Below, piece by piece: positions 20,894-32,850 of a stretch of 64,000 bases of DNA (positions are counted from its first letter, which is position 1; each line of letters starts with the position of its first letter). The stretch lies in NCBI GenBank assembly GCA_963741205.1, contig CAVUHW010000034.1, positions 96,001-160,000 on the forward strand. Reading direction: 5' to 3'. Below the pieces are notes generated by a model, which was given only the letters and a program-made list of their open reading frames with translations, had not been told where the DNA came from and ran no database searches. The translations under genes and the position numbers were made by a program. This stretch comes from Nitrospirota bacterium (GTDB lineage Bacteria; Nitrospirota; UBA9217).

Positions 20894-23330
20894 TTATTCG
20901 AATCTTCTCAGCCGCAGCGAATTCGACACCACGCTCACGGAGCTGAAGGCCATGGCGGCCGAGGCGAACATGGGGTTCAGCAGAATCTTGAAGAAGGGGT
21001 AGAGCGCTCCCGCGGCAACGGGAATGCCGATGATATTGTAGAAAAAGGCCCAGAAAAGGTTCATCCTGATGGTCTTCATCGTCCTGCGGGAGAGCCTCAT
21101 CGCCGCCGCGACCATGCGGAGGTCGTCCTTGATCAGCGTAACGTCCGACGCCTCTATGGCCACATCGGTGCCCGTGCCGATGGCGATTCCCACATCGGCC
21201 TGGGTCAGCGCAGGCGCATCGTTGATGCCGTCGCCCACCATGGCCACGACCCTGCCTTCGGCCTGGAGTTTCTTCACGATTTCCATCTTGTCCTGCGGAA
21301 GGACCTCTGACAGCACGCGGGAGATCCCGAGCTCTTTGGCTATGGCCTGCGCAGTGCGGCGGTTGTCTCCGGTGAGCATGACTACTTCGAGCCCGAGTGC
21401 CCGCAGTTCCTTCACCGCCTCCTTGGAGTGCTCCTTCGGCGTGTCGGCCACCGCGATGATGCCGGCCGCGCTGCTCCCGATCGCCACGAACATGGGCGTC
21501 TTGCCATCTGACGAGAGTTCTTCGGCAGGCGGTGTGGAACGCCCCGAAATCGATCTTCCGGTCGTTCATCAGGCGCTCATTCCCGAGGATGATCTCTTTG
21601 CCGTGAAGCATTGCCCTGACGCCGTGACCGGGAAGGGCCTCGAACTCGTCGGCTTGTTCGAGAATAATGCCCTTCGCTATGGCGGCGCGCACGATCGCCT
21701 CGCCGAGCGGATGCTCGGAGCCCTTTTCCGCGGCGCCGGCGTAGATCAGGATCGTCCGTTCGCTCAGACCATCCCGGATCACATCGGTGACCTCGGGTTT
21801 CCCGCGGGTGAGCGTTCCGGTCTTGTCAAGGACGATGGTGTCGATCTTCTGCGCCCGCTCCAGGCTTTCCGCGTTCTTGAACAGGATGCCTTGTTCCGCG
21901 CCCTTGCCGGTCCCGACCATGATGGCCGTGGGCGTTGCGAGGCCCATGGCGCAGGGGCAGGCGATGATCAGAACGGCGATGAAGTTGACGAGCGCGAAGG
22001 TAAATTTCGTCTCCGCCGGACCGAAGACATACCATATCGCGAACGTGATGACCCCGATGCTGATGACGACGGGCACGAAGATGCTCGAGATGTAGTCCGC
22101 GAGCCGCTGGATGGGGGCCTTGGACCCCTGGGCCTCCTGGACCATGCGGATGATCTGGGCGAGCATGGTGTCCTTGCCGACCTTGGTGGCCTCGAAGGTG
22201 AATGCCCCGGTCTTGTTGATCGTGGCCCCGATGACCGTGTCCCCGATCTTCTTGTCCACGGGCAGGCTCTCGCCGGTGAGCATGGATTCGTCGATCGATG
22301 AATAGCCGTTCCTGATGACGCCGTCCACGGGTATCTTTTCCCCGGGCCGGACCACGATGAGGTCGCCCGTTTCCACCTCTTCGATGGGGATGTCCTGCTC
22401 CGCGCCTTCCCGTATCACGCGTGCCGTTCGCGGCTGGAGGCCCATGAGCTTCTTGATGGCCTCGCCCGCCCGCGTCTTGGCCCGGGCCTCGAGATATTTC
22501 CCGAAGAGGATCAGGGTGATGATGATCGCCGAGGTGTCAAAGTACGCGCCGCCGTGGCTGCCGTAATGCCCCAGGAGCGACGGGAAGAAGGTGACGACCG
22601 TACTGTACCCGTAGGCCGCGGACGTGCCGACCACCACGAGGGTGTTCATGTTCGTGCTGCCGTGCTTGATCGAGGCCCAGGCATTCTGGTAGAAGTGACG
22701 GCCCGCCCAGAACTGGACCGGCGTCGTAAGAAGGAACAGGATGAACCACATGGTCCGGCGGGGGACGACGGCGATAACGGGGACCATGTCCTGCAAACTG
22801 CCGATAAGAATAAGGGCCGAGAGGACCGCGCTGGTTATGAGCTTGTTCCGAAGCTCCCGGAGCTCCCGTTCCCGCGCTTCCTTCTCGATGTCGAGGGCCG
22901 AGCGGCCTTCAGCCTGCTGAAGGACCCGGAACCCCGATTTCTCGATGGTCCTTCTGATGTCCCTGAGGCCGATCTGGCCGGGGATGTATTCCAGCTCGAC
23001 GGTCTCGGCCCCGGCGTTCACCGCGACGTTCAGCACGCCGTCGATCGAGGACACGATGCCTTCCAGCTCCCGCACCCGCGAGGCATCAAGATCGATGATC
23101 GGGATGGAGACCTTTTCCGTGACCGCCTGATAGCCGAGTTCTTTGATGCTGGAGATGAATTTGTCCAGTCCCACCGCGGCGGGATCGAATTCGACAACGG
23201 CCTTCTCGTTGGCGTAATTCACGTTTGCGCTCTTCACGCCCACGAGCTTCGAGATGTCCTTCTGGATCGCAGCGGCACAGTTTACGCAGGTCATGCCTTT
23301 GACCGGGATGACGGCTTTCTTGGTGTCCAT
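20894..23330 (-). CDS. copA: Cu(I)-exporting P1B ATPase, split by an indel near 21530
   Basis: [41 protein letters not shown]. Confidence 0.95.
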
Positions 23331-23336
23331 AGGCGT

Positions 23337-23365
23337 ATTGTACCACGAAGGGTTGAAGGTGAAAA
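23337..23365 (-). promoter_or_regulatory. Putative copA promoter (leaderless spacing)
   Basis: TTTTCA-17-TACAAT with extended TG, 6 nt before ATG 23330. Confidence 0.5.
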
Positions 23366-23528
23366 GAAGGAAACAATTGGAGAGGCCGGGGAACAAACAG
23401 CGTTTCACGCCGGAGAATAAAGGCAACCTACGGGACTAATTTGCCGTTTAGAGGTAAACTTGTCACCAAAGGGTGGTTCCAATGACCCCTGTCCGGACCG
23501 TCGTAACCTCTACAGAAAGGAGACCTCT

Positions 23529-24400
23529 ATGCGATCATTTATGCGCTTATTTTCCCTGATACTGGTAATCGGCCTTGCGCTTCCGGGATGCAGTGGCGAT
23601 GAAGATAAAACCAACGCCGAAACGATCAACGTAAGTATTCACTTCCGCACGCATAACCTTGCCCGCAACGGATCTGTACAACTCTCCGTGGAAAAGGAAG
23701 CCGCCGATGGGACTGTCAAGGGTGAGGCAGACCTGTCAGGGAGCGCCGACGCATTCGGCGATTATATCCCGACCATGTATGTCAATTATAATCTCAACGA
23801 CCGCAACGACAAAATCAATATTCACCAAAACTACACACTCTCCCCATACCTTGGCGGAACGATCGGCAAGGTACTTCGGTACTTACCTACGATGACCTGG
23901 AACCGTATAACGGGAGGTCCCTGACACTGGATCTGGAATACCAGGATCCCACGGTGCAGAACCTATGGCAGGCGTGGTATGATCAACGTGACCTCATGAC
24001 CTACTGCTTCGACCTGCCCTATTATTATCTGCTGGGTCACGCACCCCCGGTCGATGAAAATGAGGCTGTCACGCGGCAGAAGGTCGCAGATGCTCTAAGT
24101 CAGCAAGGGTACACGCGCAGCCTGGCAGGCCAGCTTACTTCCAGCCTTTATGTTCAGGACGGCGACATCATTCTATTTGGCACTACTGCGGAACCCGATC
24201 CGGTTACAGCGCCGCATTTTGCGGTCGTTGCCGATGGAAAGATCTGGGGCGTCTTCCACTGGACCCAGGGCGGCGACTTCGACGGTCCGCGCGATCCGGG
24301 GTTCTTCCTCAACCGGCCCCCGATCGAAAATCCCTACACGGGAGCGGTTACGGATCCTCTCGTTCCGTTTCTGTATTATGCGATTTACAGCAAACAATAG
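23529..24400 (+). CDS. Hypothetical lipoprotein, probably one gene split near 23900-23950
   Basis: Lipobox LPGC; second ORF lacks its own RBS; C...GDIILF...HFAVV pattern. Confidence 0.55.
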
Positions 24401-24472
24401 TTGAGTTGGAAAGGGTTTGGGGCAGCGGAAAATAATGCGTTGTTCATCACGCGCAAACGGCAGAGAAAAAAT

Positions 24473-24901
24473 ATGAAAGATACCTTGAAACCTGGGATTG
24501 AATCAGAGTTTACATTTCGTATCGTTGAATCGAAGACCGTTCCTGCTCTGTATCCTGAATCGACGGAATTTCAGGAAATGCCGAGGGTATTCGCAACGGG
24601 TTTCATGGTGGGGTTTCTCGAGTGGGCTTGCATCAAGGCCATCAACCCTTATCTCGACTGGCCTCGCGAACAGACGGTCGGCACGCATATCGACGTAAGT
24701 CATACGGCTGCGACGCCGGCAGGCTTTGAAGTGACCGCGAAAGTAAAGCTCGTAGAGGTCGACGGACGGCGGCTGTTGTTCGAGGTAGAGGCGCGCGACG
24801 AAGTAGAGCTGATCTCAAAGGGAAAACACGAACGGTATATCATCGCGAAAGATAAATTTGATTCGAAAATGAATGAGAAAATCGCGAAGAAGCGCGCTTA
24901 A
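24473..24901 (+). CDS. Fluoroacetyl-CoA thioesterase (FlK)-like hot-dog thioesterase
   Basis: VFATGFMVGFLEWAC, TVGT.I.VSH.AATP. Confidence 0.9.
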   Translation: MKDTLKPGIESEFTFRIVESKTVPALYPESTEFQEMPRVFATGFMVGFLEWACIKAINPYLDWPREQTVGTHIDVSHTAATPAGFEVTAKVKLVEVDGRRLLFEVEARDEVELISKGKHERYIIAKDKFDSKMNEKIAKKRA

Positions 24902-25009
24902 GCAGAACATCACCTCTAGCTGATTATCCGGGCAGTTCCTCAAAATGCTGTAAGTTAAATTCCCCCTTACATTAACTTAACTCCACGCAGAATTAAGCCC
25001 GTCGCAATT

Positions 25010-26104
25010 TCACTTCTTCCGGTAGAAGGGGAGTTCTACTGTCTTTGCCGCAATCTCTTTGTCCCGGATCTCGATCTCTATTTCCTGGCCCGGCTGGGCG
25101 TAGCGGCTGAAGACATAGCCCAGGCCGATGCCTTTGCGCAGGTGTAGCGACTGTCCGCCGCTCGTCACCATGCCGATCTCCCGGTTTTCCGAGTAGATGC
25201 TGCCGCCGCTCTTGGGTACGCCCTTGTCCAGCAAGACAAAGCCCGCTAATTTTTGCTTCGGTCCTTCGTCCTTGATTTTCAGCAGGGCGTCCTTGCCGAT
25301 GAAGTCCTTCTTAAAATCGACGAACGATGCAAGGCCCGCTTCGATGGGCGTTCGGGTCTCGTCGATGTCATTTCCGTACATCACGAAGCCCATTTCAAGG
25401 CGCAAAATGTCCCTTGCCGCGAAACCGCAGGGCAGGATGCCGGCATCGCTTCCCGCGTTCAGGAGCGCGTCCCACAACTCTTGGGCGCGATCCGCGGGTA
25501 CGATGATCTCATAGCCGTGCTCGCCGGTATAGCCGCTCCGGGACACGAGCGCTGCAATGTCCGCAAGCTTCAGCTCCCGGACCATTCTGGACTTGAGCTT
25601 CTTAAAGTGACGGCCCGCGGCGTTTTCGAGGATACGTGATGAGTGAGGTCCCTGAAGCGCCAGGTGGGCGGTCGCCTGAGTCCTGTCGACGATCTGAACG
25701 TCTGCGGCTGCATGCTGATTGAGCCAGTTCACGACCTTGTCGGTGTTGATGGCGTTCGTGGAAATCAGGTAGCGAACGCCTGTCGTTTCCGCCCCGGGCA
25801 GCCGGAAGAAGAAGGCGTCATCAAGGACGCCCCCGGCTTGATTGCAGAGGAACCCGTACTGAGACGAGCCTTCCGACATCTTCAACACGTTGCGGGTAAC
25901 GGTCTCCTGGAGCAGCGCCGCAGCGCCCGTGCCGGACACTTCGATCCTGCCGAGATAGCTGATGTCGAACAGGCCGGCGGCCGAGCGCACAGCGCGATAT
26001 TCGTCCTGCACATCGGAGAACTGGAGCGGGATCTGCCATCCCTGGAAGTCCATCATCCTGGCTTTGCTCAGTTCATGTTTCGGGTGGAGAACGGTTTGTT
26101 TCAT
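25010..26104 (-). CDS. gcvT: Glycine cleavage T aminomethyltransferase
   Basis: F.GW..P.QF, AGLFDIS, ALQGP, SRSGYTGE.GYE, ARDILRLE. Confidence 0.93.
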   Translation of the reverse strand: MKQTVLHPKHELSKARMMDFQGWQIPLQFSDVQDEYRAVRSAAGLFDISYLGRIEVSGTGAAALLQETVTRNVLKMSEGSSQYGFLCNQAGGVLDDAFFFRLPGAETTGVRYLISTNAINTDKVVNWLNQHAAADVQIVDRTQATAHLALQGPHSSRILENAAGRHFKKLKSRMVRELKLADIAALVSRSGYTGEHGYEIIVPADRAQELWDALLNAGSDAGILPCGFAARDILRLEMGFVMYGNDIDETRTPIEAGLASFVDFKKDFIGKDALLKIKDEGPKQKLAGFVLLDKGVPKSGGSIYSENREIGMVTSGGQSLHLRKGIGLGYVFSRYAQPGQEIEIEIRDKEIAAKTVELPFYRKK

Positions 26105-26134
26105 GAAACCCTCTAAGTCATCTATCTATTTCCG

Positions 26135-26219
26135 GTCATCCCTGGATGGCTCCCTCGGGGACCAATATGTTCGCCGTCAAGTGAGAAACCGTATTCCTGC
26201 TTAACCTTTCGGGAATGAC
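26135..26219. repeat. Degenerate REP-like element
   Basis: gtcatccctg..cggggacca ... attcctg..cgggaatgac. Confidence 0.55.
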
Positions 26220-26240
26220 ACGATTCTCGCGCGTTGTCCG

Positions 26241-27302
26241 CTATTTTATTCTGAATTTATCAGGATCGGTCGAGACGTCGGCAAGCTTGTGGATGTCCTT
26301 CGGATGGAACGCTCCCTTTTCGGTAATGATGGCGGTGATGTAACGGGCCGGCGTAACGTCAAACGCAGGGTTCGCCGTCTTCACCCCGTCGGGAGCGATC
26401 TGGACCTTGCCGAACACATGGGTGATCTCGCGCGAATCGCGCTCTTCGATGGGGATCTCGGCGCCTGATTCCAGGCTGAAATCGATCGTCGACAGAGGGG
26501 CCGCCACATAGAAGGGAATGCCGTGCTCCTTGCAGAGGACCGCGAGGCCGTAGGTGCCGATCTTGTTCGCGACGTCACCATTTCTCGCAATGCGGTCGGC
26601 GCCTACGATGGCAAGGTCTACCATATCGTGGAACATGAAGTAACCAGCCATGTTGTCGGTAATGAGCGTGCAGGGGATCTTCTCCTGCATGAGCTCCCAC
26701 GCAGTCAGGCGCGCGCCCTGGAGCACGGGACGGGTCTCGTCGACGTACACGTGGATCTTTTTCCCGGCTTCAACCGCGGCCCGCATTACGCCTTCCGCCG
26801 TCCCGTAGCCGGCGGTGGCGATGGAGCCGGCGTTGCAGTGGGTGATGAGGTTGTCGTCATCAGCGATAAATGCCGCTCCATAGGCCCCCATCTTTTTGTT
26901 CGTCGCGATGTCTTCCTCGATCATGCGCTGGGATTCGTCAACCAGCATTTCTCTGATTGAGTTGAGGTCTTTATCTTTATTGGCCTGCACGAATGTCTTT
27001 ATCCGTTCGATGGCCCAGAAAAGGTTGACCGCCGTCGGCCTCGTCGCGGCCATGTGCGCGCAGATTTCCTCGAACTTCGGCCAGAATTCATCGAAACTGC
27101 CGGCCGTGATCTGCCGGGCGCCCAGAGCAAGGCCCATGGCCGCTGAAACGCCGATTGCCGGCGCGCCCCTCACCCACAGTTCTTTAATGCCCCTGGCAAC
27201 GGTCTGGTAGTCTTTGCAGTCATTGTAAACGATCTCCAGTGGGAGTTTCGTCTGGTCCAGCATGCGTACGATGCCGTCTTTCCATTCCACGGTGGGGATC
27301 AT
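26241..27302 (-). CDS. mtnA: Methylthioribose-1-phosphate isomerase
   Basis: [46 protein letters not shown]. Confidence 0.97.
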   Translation of the reverse strand: MIPTVEWKDGIVRMLDQTKLPLEIVYNDCKDYQTVARGIKELWVRGAPAIGVSAAMGLALGARQITAGSFDEFWPKFEEICAHMAATRPTAVNLFWAIERIKTFVQANKDKDLNSIREMLVDESQRMIEEDIATNKKMGAYGAAFIADDDNLITHCNAGSIATAGYGTAEGVMRAAVEAGKKIHVYVDETRPVLQGARLTAWELMQEKIPCTLITDNMAGYFMFHDMVDLAIVGADRIARNGDVANKIGTYGLAVLCKEHGIPFYVAAPLSTIDFSLESGAEIPIEERDSREITHVFGKVQIAPDGVKTANPAFDVTPARYITAIITEKGAFHPKDIHKLADVSTDPDKFRIK

Positions 27303-27351
27303 GCACGGTCTCCTTTTTTACTGATGATACAGGTCGTTGCGGTTACAACTT

Positions 27352-27380
27352 AATATAAAGGAAGAGCCGGTGATTGTCAA
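27352..27380 (-). promoter_or_regulatory. Sigma70 promoter of mtnA
   Basis: TTGACA-17 nt-TATATT on the minus strand. Confidence 0.7.
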
Positions 27381-27555
27381 AATAAATGTGCAGTTTCTGC
27401 GGAGCGGCCCGGCTTATGAATATGCGGAAGCATCTCATCGAAAGAAGAGTGGGAAAACAGGGTGAAAGCGACGAAAGGCATGATGATGAACAGCCCAACA
27501 GGCCGAAAGGTAAGGGCGGTCGTTGTTGCCGGCTTTTTCAGATTGCCGGAGAAGT

Positions 27556-28465
27556 TTATCGGAATTGCTGGACCGCAAGGGTCCCGCTCCGGCCGTCGAC
27601 GACGCCGGGAAGGAGATCGCATACGGGAATGGTCTCGGGCTGCTTCAGCAGATCAACCGCCCACTCGTCCAGTCTGGCCGTGCGGACCTGGCGTGGTCCG
27701 AGAAGCTGCAGGAATGCGCGAAAGAGCGAAAGCTTTTTCATCCCTTCGATCTCCGCGTGGATCGTAAGCACGTTCAGCGCATTCGGTTCCAGCCGTGACA
27801 CATAATATTCGGGCAGGCCTTCCTCGGGATACTCGGGCCGTCCGAGCAGTTCATCAAGCGTCGGAAGCGTGGTCGGGACCTGCAGGGTCTTGAACGTGAC
27901 ACCGTCTACTCGGGGAAAGAACGGATAAGTCCCGCGGCTGTCGCTTCCATAGAGAAGTCCGGCATCATCATAGGCCGCCAGACTGAAGCCATTAGCCTGC
28001 CATCCCGCCGAGCCCGCTGTCTTTGCAGCGGATCCGAATATCCGCTCGAACTCTTTCCGCGCCTTGCCGAATTCCTCGTACACTTCATCTCTGCCCATCT
28101 TTGCAAGGCCGTCCTGCCAGCGAATGTGGTCGTAGCAGTGGATGCCCGCTTCATGGCCTTTGTCCCGCGCCAGCCTCATCACCCCTTCGTTCCTGCGGCC
28201 CACATGCGGGCCCGGCAGGAGAACGCCGTTCAAGAGCGTGCGGATGCCGTAGGTTGAGACGACGCTGGTGCGGCTTACCTTGCCGAGGAAACCCGGCCGG
28301 AAGATGCGTTTGATCGCCCGGCCCGTATTGTCCGGGCCGAGGGAGAAGAGGAAGGTCGACCTTGATGTCGAACTCATCGAAGAGGGCAAGGAGGTTGGGC
28401 ACGCCGATGCGCGTGCCCCGGTCGGTGTCGACGTCTACTTTGATGGCGAGAAGGGGTGAGGTCAT
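27556..28465 (-). CDS. arnD: Undecaprenyl-P-L-Ara4FN deformylase, split by an indel near 28360
   Basis: KVDVDT.RGTR.GVP, FSLGPDNTGRA, H..DH..WQD, PTTLPT.DE, T.HAE.EG. Confidence 0.88.
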
Positions 28466-28477
28466 GAGATGAGTCTC

Positions 28478-28560
28478 AGGATTCAGGAGTGCATGATTCA
28501 TATGCATGATATGCAATGTTTCTACTCCGTGCATCCTGAATCCGGTATCGTGATATCCGT
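28478..28560. repeat. Heptamer-type inverted element (CAGGATT ... ATCCTGA)
   Basis: caggattcagga ... catcctgaatccggtatc. Confidence 0.45.
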
Positions 28561-28563
28561 TTC

Positions 28564-29604
28564 CTATACGTCCAATTCCTTCGACGGCCGACCCAGGTGG
28601 TAATCGAGCGTCTTCCGGAGCGCGGTTTGGAAGTCCGTCTTCGGCTTCCAGCCAAGATGCTTTTTCGCATTCCTGATGGAAGGCACGCGCGTAAGGATGT
28701 CCTGGTACCCTTCGCCGTAATACTTTTTTGACTGGACGTTCACGAGCTTCACCCTGTTCGCAAGCTGCGCGTATTTCGGATAGGTCTTGATCAGGGCGAT
28801 CAGCGTCTCCGCCAGCTCGCGGATTGACATGTCGTTTGAGGGATTCCCGATATTAAAAATGCGTCCGTCGGCCGCGTTGTCTTTATTCTCGATGATGCGG
28901 ATGAGCGCGTCAATGCCGTCGTCGATGTAGGTGAAGCTCCTGCGCTGGGCCCCGCCGTCCACGAGCTGGATGTTCTTGCCGCGCAAGATGTTGCCGATGA
29001 ACTGGGTAAGTACTCGCGAGCTGCCTTCCTTGGGCTCCAGAATATTGTCGAGCTTCGGCCCGATCCAGTTGAAGGGGCGGAAGAGCGTGTACTTGAGCCC
29101 GTCCTTCATGCCGTACCCGTGGATAACGCGGTCCATGAGCTGCTTGGAACAGGAATAGATCCAGCGCTGCTTGTTGATCGGACCGAGCACGAGGTTCGAA
29201 GTCTCCTCGTCAAATTCCCCGTCCGCGCACATCCCGTAGACTTCCGAGGTGGACGGGAAGAGGACCCGCTTTTTGTAGCGCACGCACTTCCTGACGATGT
29301 CGAGGTTGGCCTCGAAATCGAGCTCGAACACGCGGATCGGGTCAGTGACGTAGGTAGCCGGCGTGGCAATGGCCACGAGGGGGATCACCACATCGCATTT
29401 CTTGACATGATACTCGATGTATTCTTTATTAATCGTGATGTCGCCCTCAACGAAATGAAAACGTTCGTGCCCCAGGCACTGGTCCAGCTTGTCCGCAGCC
29501 ATGTCCATGCCGTAGACTTCCCAGTCCTTGTTCTTCAGGATGTATTCGGTCAGACTGTTTCCGATGAAGCCGTTCACGCCGAGGATCAGGATCTTGAGAC
29601 TCAT
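28564..29604 (-). CDS. arnA: UDP-glucuronate oxidase/decarboxylase (stand-alone ArnA C-terminal domain)
   Basis: ILGVNGFIG, VFELDFE.NL, PSTSEVYG, RWIYSCSKQ, RPFNW.GP. Confidence 0.92.
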   Translation of the reverse strand: MSLKILILGVNGFIGNSLTEYILKNKDWEVYGMDMAADKLDQCLGHERFHFVEGDITINKEYIEYHVKKCDVVIPLVAIATPATYVTDPIRVFELDFEANLDIVRKCVRYKKRVLFPSTSEVYGMCADGEFDEETSNLVLGPINKQRWIYSCSKQLMDRVIHGYGMKDGLKYTLFRPFNWIGPKLDNILEPKEGSSRVLTQFIGNILRGKNIQLVDGGAQRRSFTYIDDGIDALIRIIENKDNAADGRIFNIGNPSNDMSIRELAETLIALIKTYPKYAQLANRVKLVNVQSKKYYGEGYQDILTRVPSIRNAKKHLGWKPKTDFQTALRKTLDYHLGRPSKELDV

Positions 29605-29694
29605 GATGTTCTCCGTTTTTTTGGACCAAGGCAACCGCGTTGCCGTGCCTTCCGTCCCGCCATCTGGGGACTCGGTCCATATTAAGTCAAAAGC

Positions 29695-29776
29695 CGTCAT
29701 TCCCGCTTGTCGGGAATCATGTTGCCACATAACAACTGAAAAGAGACTGGATTCCCGGACAAGCGCGGGAATGACG
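29695..29776. repeat. REP-like double-hairpin element
   Basis: cgtcattcccgcttgtcgggaatc ... gattcccggacaagcgcgggaatgacg. Confidence 0.8.
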
Positions 29777-29792
29777 TCGAAGGAGAAAACGC

Positions 29793-30699
29793 TTAGGAAT
29801 TTCCCAGCATCTGTCCGATCTTCAGTTCCCGCGATTCATCCTCGTCTTCCCACTCCCAATTCACGATCTCCAGATTGCCGCTCCCCGCGGCCACGATGAG
29901 CGGATCCGTTGAGAGCACCTGTCCCGGAGCGCCGCCTTTGCCGGGAACGGGCTTCGCCCACCAGATAAACAGTTTCTTTCCATCCGCGAACGGTGAACGC
30001 TCCGGGATAGGGATTGGTGACGGCACGGACGAGATTATAGATCTGATCGGCGCTTTGTGTCCAGTCAATACGGCCGTCCTCGGGTTTTCTACCGCCGAAG
30101 GTGGTCGCCTGCGACTCGTCCTGACTGCGCCGGGGGGCCGTCCCCGCTGTCAGGGAATCGAGCTGTCTTTCGAGCACAAGGCGGGCGGCCTTGACGCATT
30201 TCCCGAACACGTCACGGGCCGTGTCTTCAGGACCGATGGGCACACGCTCCTGGTCCACGATGTCGCCGGCATCAGCGCGCTTTACCATGTGATGAAGCGT
30301 CACGCCGGTCTCTTTTTCTCCCTGCAGCACCGCCCAGTTGATCGGCACGCGGCCCCGGTATTTGGGGAGGAGCGAGCCGTGCATATTGAACGCGCCCAGG
30401 CGAGGGATCTGCAGGATTTCCTCCCTGATCATGCTCCGGAAGTAGAAGGAAAAGATCAGGTCAGGCCCCCACGAGCGTATTCGATCGATCCAGTCCGGCG
30501 TATTCACGCTCTCGGGCGAATGAACGGGGATGCCGTACTTCTCCGCGAGGCCGGCCACTGACCGGAACCAGATCTCTTCGTCCGGATTGTCCTTGTGGGT
30601 GATGACGGCGAGGACGTACTCATCGTTCTGAATGAGGGCGTCCAGGCATTCATACCCCATGTCATGGTACGCAAATACGAGAATAGCGGGTTTAGTCAT
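29793..30699 (-). CDS. UDP-L-Ara4N formyltransferase (stand-alone ArnA N-terminal domain), indel near 29995
   Basis: VFAYH.MG, FSFYFR, N.HGSLLPKYRGR.P.NW, ADAGDI. Confidence 0.9.
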
Positions 30700-31633
30700 T
30701 GATGTTTTCGTAGACCTCACGGATCACGAACCGCGGTCTTCTCCTCACTTCCTTATAGATTCGGCCGATGTATTCGCCGATGATGCCCAGTCCCATGATT
30801 CCGACGCCCACGAGAAAATAGAGTATCGCGAAGAGGGTGAACACCCCTTCGGCCTCGGGACCGACCACAAGCCGCCGGATGAACAGGTATGCTACGAACA
30901 GCGTCGCGAGGATCGACACGACCATGCCGAAGACCGTGAAGACCTGGAGAGGCACCACGGAGAATCCGGTCATGAGGTCGAAGTTCAGCCTGACCAGGTC
31001 GTAGAGCCGGTACTTGGACTCGCCCGCCTGACGAGCCGCATGCTCTACTTCCACTTCCGCAGGACTTGCCGCGAAGCTGTAGGCAAGGGCCGGGATAAAG
31101 GTCGAGGTCTCACCGCTCGCGACGATGCTTTCCACGATGTTCTTCCGGTAGGCCCGGAGCATGCAGCCCTGGTCCTTCATGCGGATGTTGGTGATCTTCG
31201 CCCGGATGCCGTTGATGACCTTCGAGGCGTATTTCCGGAAGAAGGTGTCCTGCCGTTTCCTGCGGTAACCGCCGACCACATCGTGGCCCTCTTCAACGGC
31301 CGTGAGCAGTTTGGGGATTTCCTCAGGCGGGTTTTGGAGATCGGCGTCCAGGGTCACGATCACCTCGCCGCGCGCCCGTTCGAAAGCAGCCATGATGGCC
31401 ATGTGCTGGCCGAAGTTCCCGTTGAAGTCGATGACGCGCACCTGCTTCGGGCGGCGCATGTGAAATTCGCGCAGCATCGCGCCGGAACGGTCCCGGCTTC
31501 CGTCATTGGTAAACAGGATCTCGAAGGGCTTGCCCGTCTGGTCCATCACAGAGGTCAGGCGGGTGAAGAGGGCCTCGAGATTCTCCTGTTCGTTGTAGAC
31601 CGGGATGACGACGCTTATGTAAGGTTTCGCCAT
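30692..31633 (-). CDS. arnC: Undecaprenyl-phosphate L-Ara4FN transferase
   Basis: VIPVYNE, NFGQH.A, DADLQNPPEE, two C-terminal TMs, GEYIGRIY. Confidence 0.9.
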   Translation of the reverse strand: MAKPYISVVIPVYNEQENLEALFTRLTSVMDQTGKPFEILFTNDGSRDRSGAMLREFHMRRPKQVRVIDFNGNFGQHMAIMAAFERARGEVIVTLDADLQNPPEEIPKLLTAVEEGHDVVGGYRRKRQDTFFRKYASKVINGIRAKITNIRMKDQGCMLRAYRKNIVESIVASGETSTFIPALAYSFAASPAEVEVEHAARQAGESKYRLYDLVRLNFDLMTGFSVVPLQVFTVFGMVVSILATLFVAYLFIRRLVVGPEAEGVFTLFAILYFLVGVGIMGLGIIGEYIGRIYKEVRRRPRFVIREVYENIND

Positions 31634-31635
31634 GG

Positions 31636-32807
31636 TCATTTCCTCCCGAACAGATCGGCCATTGCAGCGACCACCCGGTCCTGGTCCGCGTCGGTCATCG
31701 CGGGGAAGAGCGGCAGACTCACGATGCGGTCGGAAATGGCCTCCGCGTTCGGGAAATCGCCGCGCTTGAAGCCGAACTGTTCGCGGTAATAGGGGTAGAG
31801 GTGTACGGCGCGGTAGTGAAGGCCCGTTCCGATGCCGCGCTCCTTCATGCCCTGCATGAAGGCGTCGCGGTCCATCTTCGCCGCTTCCGGATTGATGAGC
31901 GGCGTGTAGAGGTGCCAGGCATGGAGGTGACTGTATGCCGGGGTCGCGGTCAGGGTCCACTGGGGCCATTCCCGAAGCAGCCGGTGATACCGGGCGGCAA
32001 TTTCGGTCCTCCGCCTGATAAACCCGTCCAAGGCTTTGAGCTGGTGCAGGCCCAGGGCGGCCTGGATGTCCATCATGTTGTATTTATATCCCGGGGCGAT
32101 GATCTCGTAATGCTGGCTCCCTTTTTTACCGAACCGGTTCCATGCCTCGCGGTCCATGCCGTGAAAACGGAGCAGCGCGACATCGGAGGCGAGCTTCTCG
32201 TCCCGCGCAGCAACGCACCCGCCTTCGCCGGTGGTCATGTTCTTGTTGGGGTGGAAGCTGAAGACCTGGATGTCTCCGAAGCTGCCGATGCGCCTTCCCT
32301 TGTATTCCGTTCCGATGGCATGGGCGGCATCTTCGATGACCCTGAGGTTGTGTCTTTTCGCGATATCATAGAGCGGGTCGAGGTCAACAGGAAGGCCCGC
32401 GAAGTGCACCGGCATGATGGCGCGGGTGCGTTTCGTGACAGCCTTCTCGATCCTGGTCACATCCATATTATACGTACCGGGCTCGACATCGACGCAGACA
32501 GGTTTCCCGCCGGCAAGCACGATGGTGTTCAGCGTGGCCGCAAAGGTCATGGGCGTGGTGATCACCTCGTCACCGGGCTTGAGCTTTAAGCGCCGTGAGC
32601 ACGAGGTGCAGCCCCGCGGTCGCGGACGTCAGGGCGAGCACATGCGGCGCTCCGAGATAGGCCTTCAGGTCCTCCTCGAACTGCTTGACGCGGGGGCCGG
32701 TGGTGATCCAGCCGGACTTGAGGCAAGCCACTACCTCGTCGATGGCCTCCTGGCTTATGGAAGGCCGGGAGAAGGGGAGAAATTCTTCATTTGGGATTAT
32801 TTGACAT
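31636..32807 (-). CDS. arnB: UDP-4-amino-4-deoxy-L-arabinose aminotransferase, indels near the 5' end
   Basis: FLPFSRP, SGWITTGP, IEDAAHA, FSFHPNKNMTTGEGG. Confidence 0.9.
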
Positions 32808-32850
32808 GGTTATCCTTTATAAACAATCGCAGCTGCTAAGGCATTTAAAG

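Noticed and set aside
27490-27520. SRP 4.5S RNA or hammerhead ribozyme
   Set aside because: Lacks the AGCA strand of the SRP symmetric loop and the CUGANGA core geometry; kept only as an unassigned hairpin.
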